Made by a program: the position numbers and the translations under genes. From contig OZ199839.1 in NCBI GenBank assembly GCA_964304625.1, positions 11,066,847 through 11,130,846 on the forward strand: a DNA stretch of 64,000 nucleotides, written 5' to 3'. Positions 13,742-27,099 of the stretch are shown in pieces (the stretch's first letter is position 1; every line of letters begins with the position of its first letter). This DNA is from Kudoa neothunni. Lineage: Eukaryota > Animalia > Cnidaria. Under the pieces are notes generated by a model. The model searched no databases and was not told where the DNA came from. It saw nothing but the letters and a program-made list of their open reading frames with translations.

Positions 13742-15140
13742 TAGAGAACGTCGTTTTAGACGTGTATTTTCCGATTTCAGCAGTGCGCATGCTCGTACAA
13801 AACGTTCTGCGAAAAATAGTACAATACGCGGAAAAACAATATGATTTTATAATTTACCGTTATAATATAATATTGAAAGTATTCTAAATCGTTCATTTGA
13901 CAAACGCATCCTATCTTGCGTGAATACATGTTGCAGAGCGCGGAAATGTTAAACATTCCCGCTGAAAATTTTCTTTTTCCGCAATGCCGCAAACGAATTG
14001 TGACATATCAGATAATTTCACATTATTAGAATTATAATATTGTGAAAAATCAATATTTCGAACAGTTTCGAAAGAGTGATCGGACGGAAAGCAACCTTCA
14101 ATTTGTTTATTAATTATTGTAAACATCTAAACAAATTAACAAATTTTGACATATTTCCGAAAATCTTTTCTCTTCTGTCTAATGGGAACATTTCCATGGA
14201 ATTTTTAAAATTATTTAATATATCTGTAGGGAAATATTGTAATTACATTTCATCCAATTATGGAGATGTGAAAACCATATGAACTCTTGGATTCGATCGG
14301 CGTGGAAAAATCATACAATGGAGACAAAGATATTTAAATGAATTTAAGGTAAATATGTAATTCGCTTAATGATTCATTGGATGTCTTAGAAATACTCATA
14401 AATGATGAAACAGAATCATGGGTTGAATTCAACAAAAAGTCGGAAATGGCTGGAAAATATTAAACACAGCGTTGTATACAATTGTATGTACTGTACCATC
14501 TTATGTCAAGTACTTGTGGGATCTCTTTTCGAAACACTATTCCATGATTCACAAGAATTTGAAGGAATGAATTTTTTGCAGATCTATTTTTATACAAAAG
14601 TGCAGAAAATTTCATGCAGAACTTGTTGACTCTATCAAACACAACGTCAACCGATCTTTTAACTGCCAGGTGTATCATCGACAAATACGTATCCACCAAG
14701 GAGCGACTGTTTGGGAATGATCTAGAAGGCCAACAATACTTTGACAAAAATCGTCGCAGATAACTTTTCTTATCAATCAGAAACAGCGGAACTCCATCAA
14801 AAACTACAATAGACACCTATTCTACATCTAAAAAAAATATTTGGCATAACGGACGTCTCTTTAAACGTTTTTTCAATGAAATGTGTTTTTTCGATTTCAT
14901 ATTCTCGTCAACTGTATTTTGTTTTAACGGAAGTTTTACTTTACAATATTTGCAAATTAATTCATTTTTAACATTTTCTATGTCCGTCCACTCTTCCAGA
15001 AAACTAGAAATTTCTCTCTTATGTCTAGCCATGTCTATGTTAACTCGGAAAAGATAGCCATCATTTATGCAAAATAAACGTCGAACTTTTAAAAAAATTC
15101 GACGGCTAAAATCGATTTTAATCGAAAACGATATTCCCTA
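13742..15140 (-). mobile_element. hAT element with CGGBP1-like zinc-finger transposase remnant
   Basis: Perfect 8-bp TSD CTTATAAT (13734-41, 15141-48); TIRs TAGAGAACGTCGTTTT / AAAACGATATTCCCTA; LICKYC..MKSKKH finger and VPLFLIDKKSYLRRFLSKY..FPNSRSLVDTYL. Confidence 0.85.
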
Positions 15141-15461
15141 CTTATAATATACCATATATATTCTTTATGCATTAAAGAAAGCTGAAATATCGTTAATTTA
15201 ATCATTTTTGCATATTCATAGATAGACATGTATTTATTTATTCAGTAATATATTTAATCATACTAAAAACGTTATTTAAAAGTTCTAATTTTTCCCCATT
15301 AATTGATCTGAATCATTCTTCGGATAAATATGCTTCTAAGATTTCAAAAGAAACTCCTCTTTTTATTCTTAGGAATTTTGTTTTCAGTCTTCCCCAGCAG
15401 GCCTCGATGGTATTAGTGTGAAACCCATCGCGAACATATTCTATAGAATGATTAATTTTTA

Positions 15462-18400
15462 GGCAGTGTCTATTTTGCCGGACGCGCTTTTTCTCTTAAA
15501 ATAATAATTCAATCGCTACAATTTTTTCCTAAAAATATCTTTTATAAATGCAGAATATAAATTTAGTGTCATTAATTCAGTGACGAATTTTTAACATAGC
15601 TAATTTGTATCCATAATATCCAAATGAAAATACAGTAAAGTAAAACTATTTGGCCAATTCGTATTTTAAGTTTTTATAATTAGCTGAACATTTTTAGCAG
15701 GTGATTGATACATCACTAAAATTTAATAAAATGTTGAGTATTCTACTTTAAATAATAAATGTTTGAAATTATCTTGTATGGCAACGCCAAATAATTGTGA
15801 CAGTTTAACTTCCACATAATATTATATTTGAATATTATATATCGATATTAGTGTTATTATTACTATCATCATTTTCTTTTTTTCTCAAACCAATAACTGT
15901 TTGAAATACACCTTTTGGTCTACCTCTCAATTTCACTACTGTTGGCAGTTTAATTCCTATAATTTTATGAATTTAGCAAAATGGACAAAAGATACACACC
16001 CTTCAAAGATGGATTTTTAGTTGTGGTATCATCTACAATATTCGGGATCTCCATATCAATTATTGATGATGGAACGTTATCATTAACTGCTTCTAGTATA
16101 TCCTCATTCTCTAATCGTGATTCCTCAGTAACTAAACACGAAATAAAAATTCTACTAAAGACAATATCATTAATTACATGTTGGGATTGAAATCTCTTGA
16201 TTGTTTATGATGACAGATTCAGACATTAACTTGAACTAAATTAAGTTGATATATGAATAGTGGAAAAAATAGTCACCTTATCCAGAGAATCCCCATTGGA
16301 AATAAGAGAGATTAATTCACCTAAAATCTTTTTTAATGAATCATATTGACTCCCTGTTTTTTCAGACCCTAGCGAAGCTATTTTCTTACAAAGAATTTCT
16401 AGCTCCCTGTATCGCTTAAAAGCAGAATTCGGAACAGGGCACTGACTCGAAATTTCTGTAATACTTGGTTGCACACAACACGAAGGATTTTGAAGATATA
16501 AATTTTTGGTCATTTGAATAAATGACAGGTAATATTCTTTGTGCCACCTCTTATTACAAATTTTCTCTTCATATAAATTCATGTTCATTATTTTTCTAGC
16601 GTAAATAATATGCCTACATGGTAACTCCATACTTACGTAGAAACAACATGTACAACTATTGGGATCAGGATTGGCATAGGATTCGATATGATTATTTATT
16701 TCATCCTGCATAATATTATACACATATGAAGTTAACAATGTTTTATATTGTTCGTTAATGTCTGAATTTAATTTCTCAGCAGTTTGGGTTGTCCCACTCT
16801 CTAACTGCTTTATTCTCACGCTCAGTCCTCATACTTGGTAAATAAATAAGCAGATCGCTGAAAAAGACTTCAATTGTTGAGAATTTTTTTTATGATTTGT
16901 TTAATTTTGGAATTTATGCATTCTAATCGATTATTTGTTCTATTTAAAAAAGTACCCTTTAGGTTCATGTATGCCGGGCACCATTCATGTTTGATTGGAT
17001 CCCAAGATTTATTATAATAAGTAATGATTTTTTTGTTACATGTATTATTTAACAATTCATGGTAATTTTCATAAATTTTTGGATCATTGGTATAGCAAAG
17101 CTTTTGAATCAACTCTAAGGCAGTTTTTCTTTCGGCTTTGTTTATTCCCATTCTTAATGTAGAGATTTCTCTCCCAAATGTTCTTAAGACATGGTACAGG
17201 CATAAGTTTGTACTTACGTTAGGAAATATAGATCTTATAGAGTTTCTTTCAATCATGTCTTTATCCGTAATGAAACAAACTGTTTTGGTTGACATTTCCT
17301 CGTTATGTTTAAGTAGAGACTGACATAACCAGGTAACAGTCACGGTACTCTCCTCAGATAAAAGAGCAATAGCTCCTATTTGACTTTGCCCAAATGAATC
17401 GATAAACAGACATATATACAATGGCATACGATTATTGATTAATTTATAAGTGGCATCCATAAATACTAGTTCGGGAAATTTTTTAATAACGTTTTTCATA
17501 TAAAGGTCCTGGAAAAATATTCCAGTCATTTCATTGGAGTTATTGTGTAATATTTCGATAGTTGCATTTGGGTGAGAATTTTTTATTGAATTAAACAATT
17601 CCAAAATATCCAACGAAACATTTTTTTTAGTGTTTAGATATAATTATGGATTTGCTTCAACGAAACCTTTTTTTGTGATTGGTTCATGATTTCTACTTGT
17701 ACTCTTTTTAAATTTCCATCATAAAAATGAACATTTTTTATAAGATTCTTGCTTTCTTCATCTAATTTTCTATTCATTGGTAAAAAATCCCTTAAATGCT
17801 CATTTCTGTTGCAGCTGTGAGTAAGATCCAATTTTCTAATAACTAACATATTCATGTTTTTAGGAACTCGCAGTGTAATGAAGAAATTGCAACCACTTTT
17901 ATGGCTGTTGATTTTTCTCTTCCCAACACTTTTAGATTGTATCTGAATTCAAATTAATTACATCAACGTTTATATAGATAGTTACATTTTTACCACCATG
18001 AACACAACAAAAAGTGGCTTCATAATAAACAAGATCAGAGTTCATGTCTCTATCAAATTTTTTTAGGGCAGTTGAGATTTTTCTAGAGTCTCGGACCCAG
18101 TAACAAAAGTTGTTCCGCTTTGAGTACTTATCCATGAATTCTTTAGCCTTTTCAAAGTTTGTAAATGCATTTCCGACCATAGGTTCAGATGTAATATCCT
18201 GAATTAGTAGTGTTTGATCAGACTCTCCTTCCATAGTGATTCTACTCGCGACTATCAAAGTTACAACCGCACGCTAGAGGGTATTTTACTCGTTTATGCT
18301 GTTATAACACATAAAATTAGATTAATTATATAAATAATACAGATTTATAAAAATTTAATGTCGTTTATAATGAAACTTATGAATGAGTTTAAAATATCCT

Positions 18401-18549
18401 CAATGTATGTTGATACCTAATTATTAATTAAAAGATAAATGAAACTAAATTTATATTCTGCATTTATAAAAGATATTTTTAGGAAAAAATTGTAGCGATT
18501 GAATTATTATTTTAAGAGAAAAAGCGCGTCCGGCAAAATAGACACAGCC
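15462..18549 (-). mobile_element. Mutator-like element (MULE; FAR1-like + DDE + SWIM, ZSWIM3-like), transposase disrupted
   Basis: ~106-bp TIRs with one mismatch (GGCAGTGTCTATTTTGCCGGACGCGC...). Motifs VFMDATYKL, FITDKD, LCLYHV, RTNNRLECINSKIK, SWIM CTCCFYVSMELPCRHI and AT-hook-like KLRGRPKG. 43-nt intron 17943-17985. Confidence 0.93.
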
Positions 18550-21500
18550 AATGGAATATATTCTCGTTATTTCTTTCAAAATAAAATCGAAAAACTCCCG
18601 TGAATTTTCACGTTTCAATCGTAACCACTCCTCAGTCAGATACAAATGAAGCATAAAATTTCGGCACACCATTCATCCTTCGCAAAAGCTTCGTTTTTAA
18701 CCCTTCTTGGCACGCATGGGGTCCAATGGACCCCACGTGAATTTTCGACTCCGATACTTCTGGTTTTAACTAACTTAATTCTAAACGGTCAGTTCTATTC
18801 GCATATTTTTGTTTATTTAATTTTTCTGTCAACTTAGATGGATTTAAGAAAATTTCTTGACGATGATAGCAACGATTCTTATCTATCCGATCAAGAGTCC
18901 CATAGCGACGACTCATGTAGTGATGATTTGGTATTAGAAAAAAGAGATAATTCGATTTCTGAATCATTTAAGGATATAGAAGAAACCTATATATATATAT
19001 ATCTAAAAATCACTCAACTTTGGAAACTTCTGATGGGTATAAAGATAAATTTTATGGAAAGAACTTTGAATAGTCAGCTAATCCTGTTGGATTAATTTTC
19101 TTAAAAGAGGAAGTACGATATCTTAAAAGAAAAAAAACAAATACACATTCCTGATAATATTAACACAGAATCTCAAATCTGGAGCCTATTTTTTACAGAT
19201 GCAATATTAAATAATACACTTTATCACACCAACAACCATTTAAAAAACATTAAGTCAAATTTCAAACGAGAACGTGATCACACAGAATTTGATCTATGTG
19301 ATTTAAAAGCATTCATTGGCTTGCACTATTTTCTTGCAATAAAAAAGACAGATTTAACCTACATGAATGAACTCTGGGCCGATGATGACTTCGGCATTCC
19401 ATTATGCAAAAAGGTTTTCAGTTTTAATAGATTCAAATTATTAAAAAGATGTCCACATTATGCGGAAAATTTACCAGACTCTGCCCATCATAAATTTGAA
19501 AAAATTAAAGATGTTTTCAATGACGTCAAAACAAAATTCTTAAAATATTGTTCCCCTCAGAATATTTAGTCAATTGATGAAATGTTAAAATCATTTAGAG
19601 AGAGTAGAGAGAGGTGTATTTTTAAACAATACCTGCCCAAAAAGCCAGAAAAATATGGGCTTAAAATATTCAGTATGGAGATTCAAAGACATTTTATACT
19701 TTAAACCTAGAAGTTTATTTGGATGCTCAGAGTAACGTGGATAATTCTGCTCAAAGTGTAGTTATGCGTCTAGCACAACCAATTTTAGGTTCTGGGAGAA
19801 ACATAACTATAGAGATAACTGGTTTTCTTCTGTTCCCCTTTTTCAAGAATTGTTAAAAAATGGAATAACCGCTCGTGGAGCTTTTAAAAAAATAAATTCC
19901 TGGTGAATTTTTAGCATCAAAAACAAAAGAGCTGTACTCATCGAAATCTGCATATACTAAAGAGTTAACGCCACTTTCGTATGTCCCTAACAAGAATAAA
20001 TAGGTCATTTTGTTGAGCACATTTCATCACAGACCAATTGTCGACTTAGAAAATCCTAAAAAAAGTCCAGAAATTATTTCATTTTATAACTCTGCCAAAG
20101 GTGGTGTTGATACAGTTGACCAAATGTGTGCCAATTATTCCACCTATCGAACAACTAGAAGATAGTCGGCAGTAATATTTCACACTTTGTTAGACGTCGT
20201 ATCAATCAACGCTTTTGTTATTTACTGTATAAAATCGAACAAACAAATAAGAAGCAAAGATTTGTTCAAATCGTTATCCATGCAGCTTATAGAAGAACAA
20301 ATCGGTAGAAAAGGTATTAAACATAATTTATTTTAATTAAAACTTTATAGAACCACCAAAAATCAATTTCTCACAAGAATTCAACAATCTGATCGCGAAA
20401 ACAACGTTGCCACCTATGTCCTCGCCAAAACGATAAAAACCCCCAAACAGCGTGTCACAGTTGCAAAAATCAGGTTTGCAACGAACACTCTAACGTTATA
20501 TGCGATAACTGTTTTAAAAAGATAGATTAAAATATTATATGTGGCAATTTACGTCGAGTTTTACTTCGTGGGGTCCAATGGACCCCATGCGTGCGTTCGC
20601 GTTAAATTTTTTGCGCGTCCCACGGAGGGTTAAATGGTGTCATACAACCTCTACAGTGTTTGTATGATCCCCATTATCTGTAACTTATTCTTTTGAGTGG
20701 TTTATAGCTATATGATTATACCCCCAAATTCTTAATCGTTTATACTCGTTCCATTCGTTGGTGTATATTGTGGAGTAATGTGATACCTCATGAAGAATTA
20801 GGGGTATAAGTATATTTTTCCCTTCAATCCACAAAGAAAAATCTCAAATCCAGCAATTTACGTTTACCTTCATCGTCAACGGAGTATTCACAAATCTCAA
20901 CTACCGACGGACCTTCTATTCTGTTCTCATATCTTTCGACATTAGTGCCACCAGAATCATCATCCGTGTCATCATCAGATGATGGAGAATAAGTTTCATT
21001 AGGGGCGCTTCTCCAGACATCTGCTCCCAAGAACCTAACACGATTATTTTTCCGTTTTCTCCTCAAAAGGCATTCGTCTATTTCAATAATTCTTTTTCCG
21101 TCGAACTTTTTACGCCACTGAAAACCTCCCCAACAAATTTTTCTTAAAGGTGAGTACCAATATGTAATAGTTTTGCCTGTTATTCTAGTTAAAATAATCG
21201 CCTGGCATCTAAACTCTTCCATAGCCCACAAATAGACCAGCTAGCAAATGTCGGAGACCGAGAACTTGGAAGAATTATCATGAAATTTATTTATAATTCC
21301 AAAAAAAATTGAGGCTCTTGGAGAAAATAATTTTTTACAATCACTTCTACAATTATATTCATAATAATTTCAAAAACATTAAATCCCTTTGAAACAAATA
21401 TAAGTGGATTTGTCTGATCCAAAAAAAAATTGTAGGTCTGTGGAATTGTTTTTAACCTTCGTTCAATCTTTAATTTACAGGTGGTATACGTACGACAATT

Positions 21501-21600
21501 TTTTCACCTGTTCGGCATTTCCTGCAATAGACCTTTCCTGGTTAAGAAGTTCAGCAATGTTTCTTGATCTAGAAGCAACTTGTAAAACTAGCGTTGTGAC
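18550..21600 (-). mobile_element. Merlin/ISXO2-type transposase remnant, interrupted by a piggyBac and truncated by the MULE
   Basis: IEIDECLLRRKRKNNR (20824-21231), TIYTNEWNEY..HTNTVE (~20650-20780), and C-terminal LHLYLTEEWLR..FFDFILKEITRIY on the other side of the piggyBac. Confidence 0.8.
18701..20629 (+). mobile_element. piggyBac transposon, decayed transposase (PGBD4-like)
   Basis: TTAA flanks; CCCTTCTTGGCACGC / GCGTCCCACGGAGGG ends; subterminal near-palindrome GGGGTCCAATGGACCCC at both ends; IDEM, KPEKYGLKI, DNWFSS, YNSAKGGVDTVDQM and a Cys-rich tail. Confidence 0.92.
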
Positions 21601-22199
21601 TTAAATTCTACCATTGCTAAGCTTCAGTCGGTAGCGTGTTACAGAAAATTTTTAAATATAACTCATTAATTCATCTCTGATCTAAATTTTTTAAACTAAT
21701 AATTAAAATCACAAAAACTATATCTAACACCCAAAATGTAGAACTAAAGTAGGGATCTATTGATAGTTCCAATGATATCATAGAACTTAATTAAACTGAA
21801 CATAATGATAGCCTCAAAGTTGTATATGTGTGGAAACTTAGGGAAATAAAGCACAAAAAAAGAACGCACAAAGTTATGCGCACGCCACGATAATGACCGA
21901 AGCTGCATTTTTATTGATCTTTTTAACTGATATTCTTAAAGATATTTGCGTTCACTCCATATTTAAAAATGTCTTTAGACGATTTATAATAAAATCGGTA
22001 GGTTTGCATAGGCGAAAAAGGATGAATTTTTGGAGGTGGATACTCCCCCATTACCCAATCGACTACTCAGGTGGACTCATGGAGCCCAAGGTCACCTATT
22101 AAGGGTTAAAAGGTTATTTTATGTACTTTAATATATATTTATCGGAGCGTGTTAATAACGTGAGGATTTGAGGAGAACTCCCATTTAAAGTCAAATTAA

Positions 22200-22448
22200 C
22201 CCTTAAAGGATAACCTTCAGTTCCATGCGCCCATCTTTATATTATTTTGTTTATAAATTTTGTTGTTATGCATGTTATATTTTGTGTATATTCGTCAGAA
22301 TTTCATCTACATTTTTAAAAAAGCATTATCTACCGACAGACATAATAAAATAAGTTAATGGTTTGGCGAAATTACACAAATTATAACAGGTTTTACAACA
22401 AAATAATAGGGAGGTGGACGCGCGAATTCAATGGTTAGCCTTTAAGGG
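22200..22448. mobile_element. piggyBac-derived MITE upstream of copy 2
   Basis: TTAA flanks; TIRs CCCTTAAAGGATAACC / GGTTAGCCTTTAAGGG; absent from the homologous region upstream of copy 1. Confidence 0.85.
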
Positions 22449-23070
22449 TTAATAAAAATTATTATTTAAATAGAAAAATCTTATGTAATAAATATTCAAG
22501 TTCGTCTTAAAAAATTATTTTAAAATTGTTTTCTAAGGTTAAAAAATAATTGGGTAGGACTTTACATACTTATATATTTTATGCTCAAAATATAAATTAT
22601 GGAAGTACTATATTTGAAAATCATTATTATTACTATTATGAACTGTTCTCAATCAAGAAGTTTATATTATCCAATGTACATAACACTATAAATATTCACA
22701 ATAAACTTATTTAATAATTATAAAATCAATATAATTTTATATTTCCTAAATTTATGATTTTATTGTTATTTAAATTATTAAATTTTGGTAATGACCAAAA
22801 TTAGAATTATGTTAATGAATTTACAGTTGGTTCATATTGTCGCTAAAGATTACCCGATTATCCATATTATTTGAATTTTTTCGCCGTCTATTTAATTAAA
22901 TGGAGTGAATTAATTATAAACAATTATTTTCATGAAGAATATGGTATTTATATAACGATCATTGAATTCATTAGCCGATTACACTTATTTAAAGATTCAT
23001 TCTATAATAGTGTTAAAATTATTTAAAGTTATTTGACAATTGTACGAATCGGAACGATAAAATATTGAAA

Positions 23071-24118
23071 ATGAAATTATTTTGGATTCTTCTGACATGT
23101 AATTTTTTAATTAGGAGTTATAATGTTAATTCTTCTAGATTTGTCCAAAGAAGCTTCCAATTATAATAATCTGATAAATGATATAAACAATATCACTAAA
23201 ACTCATTTAACTACTAAATACGAGCAGCTAACGAAAGGTTATAATGGTGCTGTTGAAATGATTGAAAATAACAAAAGGGTCAGGAGTTTCTGGAGCGATT
23301 ATCTCCGAAGGATATCTGTTCACGTATTAAAGAAAAGTGAAGCTGAAAAAGATTCATTCGAGAAAGCAATTACTGCTCTAAATGGATATTTGAAAGAGAA
23401 TATAGACGAGGATGGAAATGAAGAGAAACTTAAAATATTAACAGAACGTTTGGGGAACGTAATCAAAAATTTTGACACTCAGAAGGATACAATGTTAAAA
23501 ATAGCCAAGTTGAATGCTGAAAAAGTAGATACCACAATTAAATGGATTGAAGCAATCAATAAGATATTTAAGTCACTATTTTTTCAAAATAAAGACCATT
23601 ATCAGGATATAAATGTGGAAAATTCGACTCTCAGCAATACCTACGCTTTCAATGGAAGCGCGACATCTATTACCGAATATGTAGACGAACTTAAATTCAA
23701 TATGACAAGTATGGATGTTGGATTGAAGATAAGCACTCAACTTTACAATTCTGCTTCACGCAACAAGGATGGAATTGAACACGAGGGAAAAAAACTGAAG
23801 AAAATATTTGAATCCCTACACATCAACGTACCGACTGTGCCTAAAAACGACGGGGGCAATTCAAAACCGAATACTATGAACCAAACAAATGAGATAATGA
23901 CGGCCCCAAAAATGAACAATGTTGCAGCTGAAGGGCCAGACCTATCATCGGAAACGACAGCAGTTACAATTATTAATGACTCGAAAAGTCAAAGCAAATC
24001 TAGTTTGATTGCTATCGTGGCAACTGTGATAGGGCTTTTGGTGATCATTATTATTGTTGGAGTGGTAATATATCGAACCAAATTGGCAACCAATCAAAAG
24101 TTCAACGATAAAATTTAG
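23071..24118 (+). CDS. Surface-protein family copy 2 (type B), in-frame internal deletion, ~335 aa; exon1 23071-23098, intron 23099-23138, exon2 23139-24118
   Basis: Same upstream block, exon1 and 40-nt intron as the other copies. Exon2 starts directly at LSKEASNY (786 nt missing relative to copy 3) and stays open through the TM and tail. Confidence 0.8.
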
Positions 24119-25265
24119 TCTTTGTTTGATCCAAAATTCATATTTATTTAATTCATTTTTAGTATTTTAGATTTATATGGAAAATTTTTTTTTATCTTCA
24201 TATGTCTGATTTTTGCTGATGTAATTATAGAATTATTTTGTTATTATAGGAAATTTTTATTAAATAGTGTAAATGGTTTATAAAATAATATATTAACTGA
24301 TAATAAATTTTAACTTATATACTGTGTGAAATAGAATGAACATAAGGTGCAGTTCGCGTTTATTTTTTTTTAGTTGATAAAGCCTAAAAATATTATAGCT
24401 TTGAATTTTTATTAATTATTAATATCTTGAATTTGAATAAATAGAGTTTTAATAATTTAATAATTTCATTTAATTAAATATTTTTCATGTATTTACATAT
24501 TTTGGGAAAGCGTTTGTGATTTCCATAAGTTATTAAGATTAACACGAAGAACCACATAAAATCGTCTAGTTTAATTTAACCCTTACGGGACGGACGAGGT
24601 ATTTTAGGAATCGCAATTATTTTATTTTTCGAAATATCTATTTTTACCTATTTATTTTCTCTGTAATTTTCCATGCAATCTTTTAATATCATATCAACTT
24701 TAAACCAAACTATCAAAAATTGTTTGCTAAAGCTAAAAAATAATTGGGTAGGACTTTTTTTATATATTTTGTGCTCAAAATATAAATTATGGAAGTACTA
24801 TATTTGAAAATCACTATTATTACTATTATGAACTGTTCTCAATCAAGAAATTCTATATTATCCAATGCACACAACACTATAAATATTCACGTAAAACTCA
24901 TTTAATAGTCATAAGGTAAACATTATTTTGCATTTTCTAAATTTATGATTTTGTTTTTATCGGAATCGTTAAATTTTGATAATGGCCAAAATTAGAATTA
25001 TGTTAATGAATTTATTTTCTTTCCGCATTAATGCTAAAGATTTATGGCTTTTTTGGATTATTTGAGTTAGTTCGCAAATCATTTAATTAAATGCATTGAA
25101 TTAATTATAAACAATTATTTACGAAAAGAATATGGTATGTATATATATAACGATCATTGAATTCATTAGCCGATTACACTTATTTAAAGATTCATTCTAT
25201 AATAGTGTTAAAATTATTTAAAGTTATTTGACAATTGTACGAATCGGAACGATAAAATATTGAAA

Positions 25266-27099
25266 ATGAAACCATTTTGGATTCTATTGATATGTAATTT
25301 TTAAATTTAGAATTATAGTTATGATTCTTTTAGATTGTTTCAATATTCTCTATTCAAGTACCGAAATTATTGATAATGATTATAGGAATAGCGCAAACGA
25401 CACATCACATGAAATGATGCACCGAATTAAATGCATGATAAATCAAAATTTGCCATTCGAACAATATGACGCAGAAAAATACAATTACACTGATGAGACG
25501 TACCAAGTTTGCGATGTGGCAAATTTTCTAAATAACTCAACAAGTACTCTTAACAAGCAAGAAAATGAATATGGTTCGAATAATCAGAAATTGTTGGAAA
25601 TAATTGAAGTTAGTAAGTTTATACAGCGGACGAAGTATATTTCAAATAATTACAAAAATATTAAAACTATTATTGAAAAACACGCTGGAAAAATAGGAAA
25701 TATTGTCCAAAAAGAAAGTAAAATAAGAAATGATTCCACGTCATTTAGAAATGACAAAAGACAATTTATTTCTAAATGGGAAGGTTACAAAAACAAATAC
25801 GACCAAATTAATGCGGCAAAGGGAAAAATAAAAGATATTTTCGATTCAATAGCCAAATCGATAAAAATTTGTTCTGGAAATGTGAAAAACGTTACCGATT
25901 TCAATTATGTAATTGGAAAATATAATGTGAGCGACTATTTGGATGAGAATTGGAAAATAATTACTGAAGGTGCTGAAGAGTTGAAAACTGCATGTCAAAC
26001 CGATAACGAAAAGACTATTCCCACCATAGACACAAGTATAACCACGGCTTTTGATGATTATAAAGAGATTATTGAAGAAATCAGAGTGCAAGAAGATGAT
26101 TTAACCAGTAAAGTTCAAGATTTGTCCAAAGAAGCTTCCAATTATAGTAGTCTGATGAATTATATCAACCAAATCACTCACAATCATTTAATTGCTAAAT
26201 ACGATCAACTAACAAAAGGTTATCATGATTCTGTTAAAATGATTGAAAATAACAAAAGGGAACGGAGTTTCTGGAGCGATTATCTCAGAAGGGTATCTGT
26301 TCACGTATTAAAGAAAAGCGAAGCTGAAAAAGATTTATTTGAGAAAGCGATTAGCGCTCTGAATGAATACTTAAATGAGAATATAGACAAAGATGGAAAT
26401 GAAGAAAAACTTAACATATTAACACAACGTTTGGAAACATACACCCGAAGTTTTAGCGAAAAACGGCAATCGATATTATCCAAAACTACGCTGGATGCTA
26501 AAAATGTAGATATCACAATTGAATGGATTAAAGCTATCTCTGATATAATAAAGTCACAATTTTATCAAAATAAAGAACGATATCGAGATATATATGTGGA
26601 AAATTCGACTCCCAGCAATACCTACGCTTTCAATAGAAGCGCGACATCTATTACCGAATATGTAAACGAACTTAAATCAACGGTGGAAAATATAAGTGAA
26701 GGATTGAGTAAAAGTACTCATCTTTACAATTCTGCTTCACGCAACAAGGATGGAATTGAACACGAGGGAAAAAAACTGAAGAAAATATTTGAATCCCTAC
26801 ACATCAACGTACCGACTGTGCCTAAAAACGACGGAGGTAATTCAAAACTGAATACTATGAACCAAACAAATGAGGTAACGACGGACCCAAAAATGAACAA
26901 TATTACAGCTGAAGAGCAAGATCAATCATCAGAAACAACAACAGCTACAATTACCAATGATTCGAAAAGTCAAAGCAAATCTAGTTTCATTGCTATCATG
27001 GGAACTGTGTTAGGGCTTTTGGTGATCGCTATTATTGTTGCAGTGGTAATATACCGAACCAAATTGTCAACCAATCAAAAGTTCAACGATAAAATTTAG
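25266..27099 (+). CDS. Surface-protein family copy 3 (type A), ~597 aa; exon1 25266-25293, intron 25294-25333, exon2 25334-27099
   Basis: Spliced N-terminus MKPFWILLIYCFNILYSST-EIID; open frame; same 4 Cys, stalk, TM and tail. Confidence 0.9.

Noticed and set aside
10955-20629. Domesticated transposase genes (PGBD, ZSWIM3, CGGBP1)
   Set aside because: All retain TIRs and carry stops or frameshifts, so they are TE copies; no gene symbols assigned.
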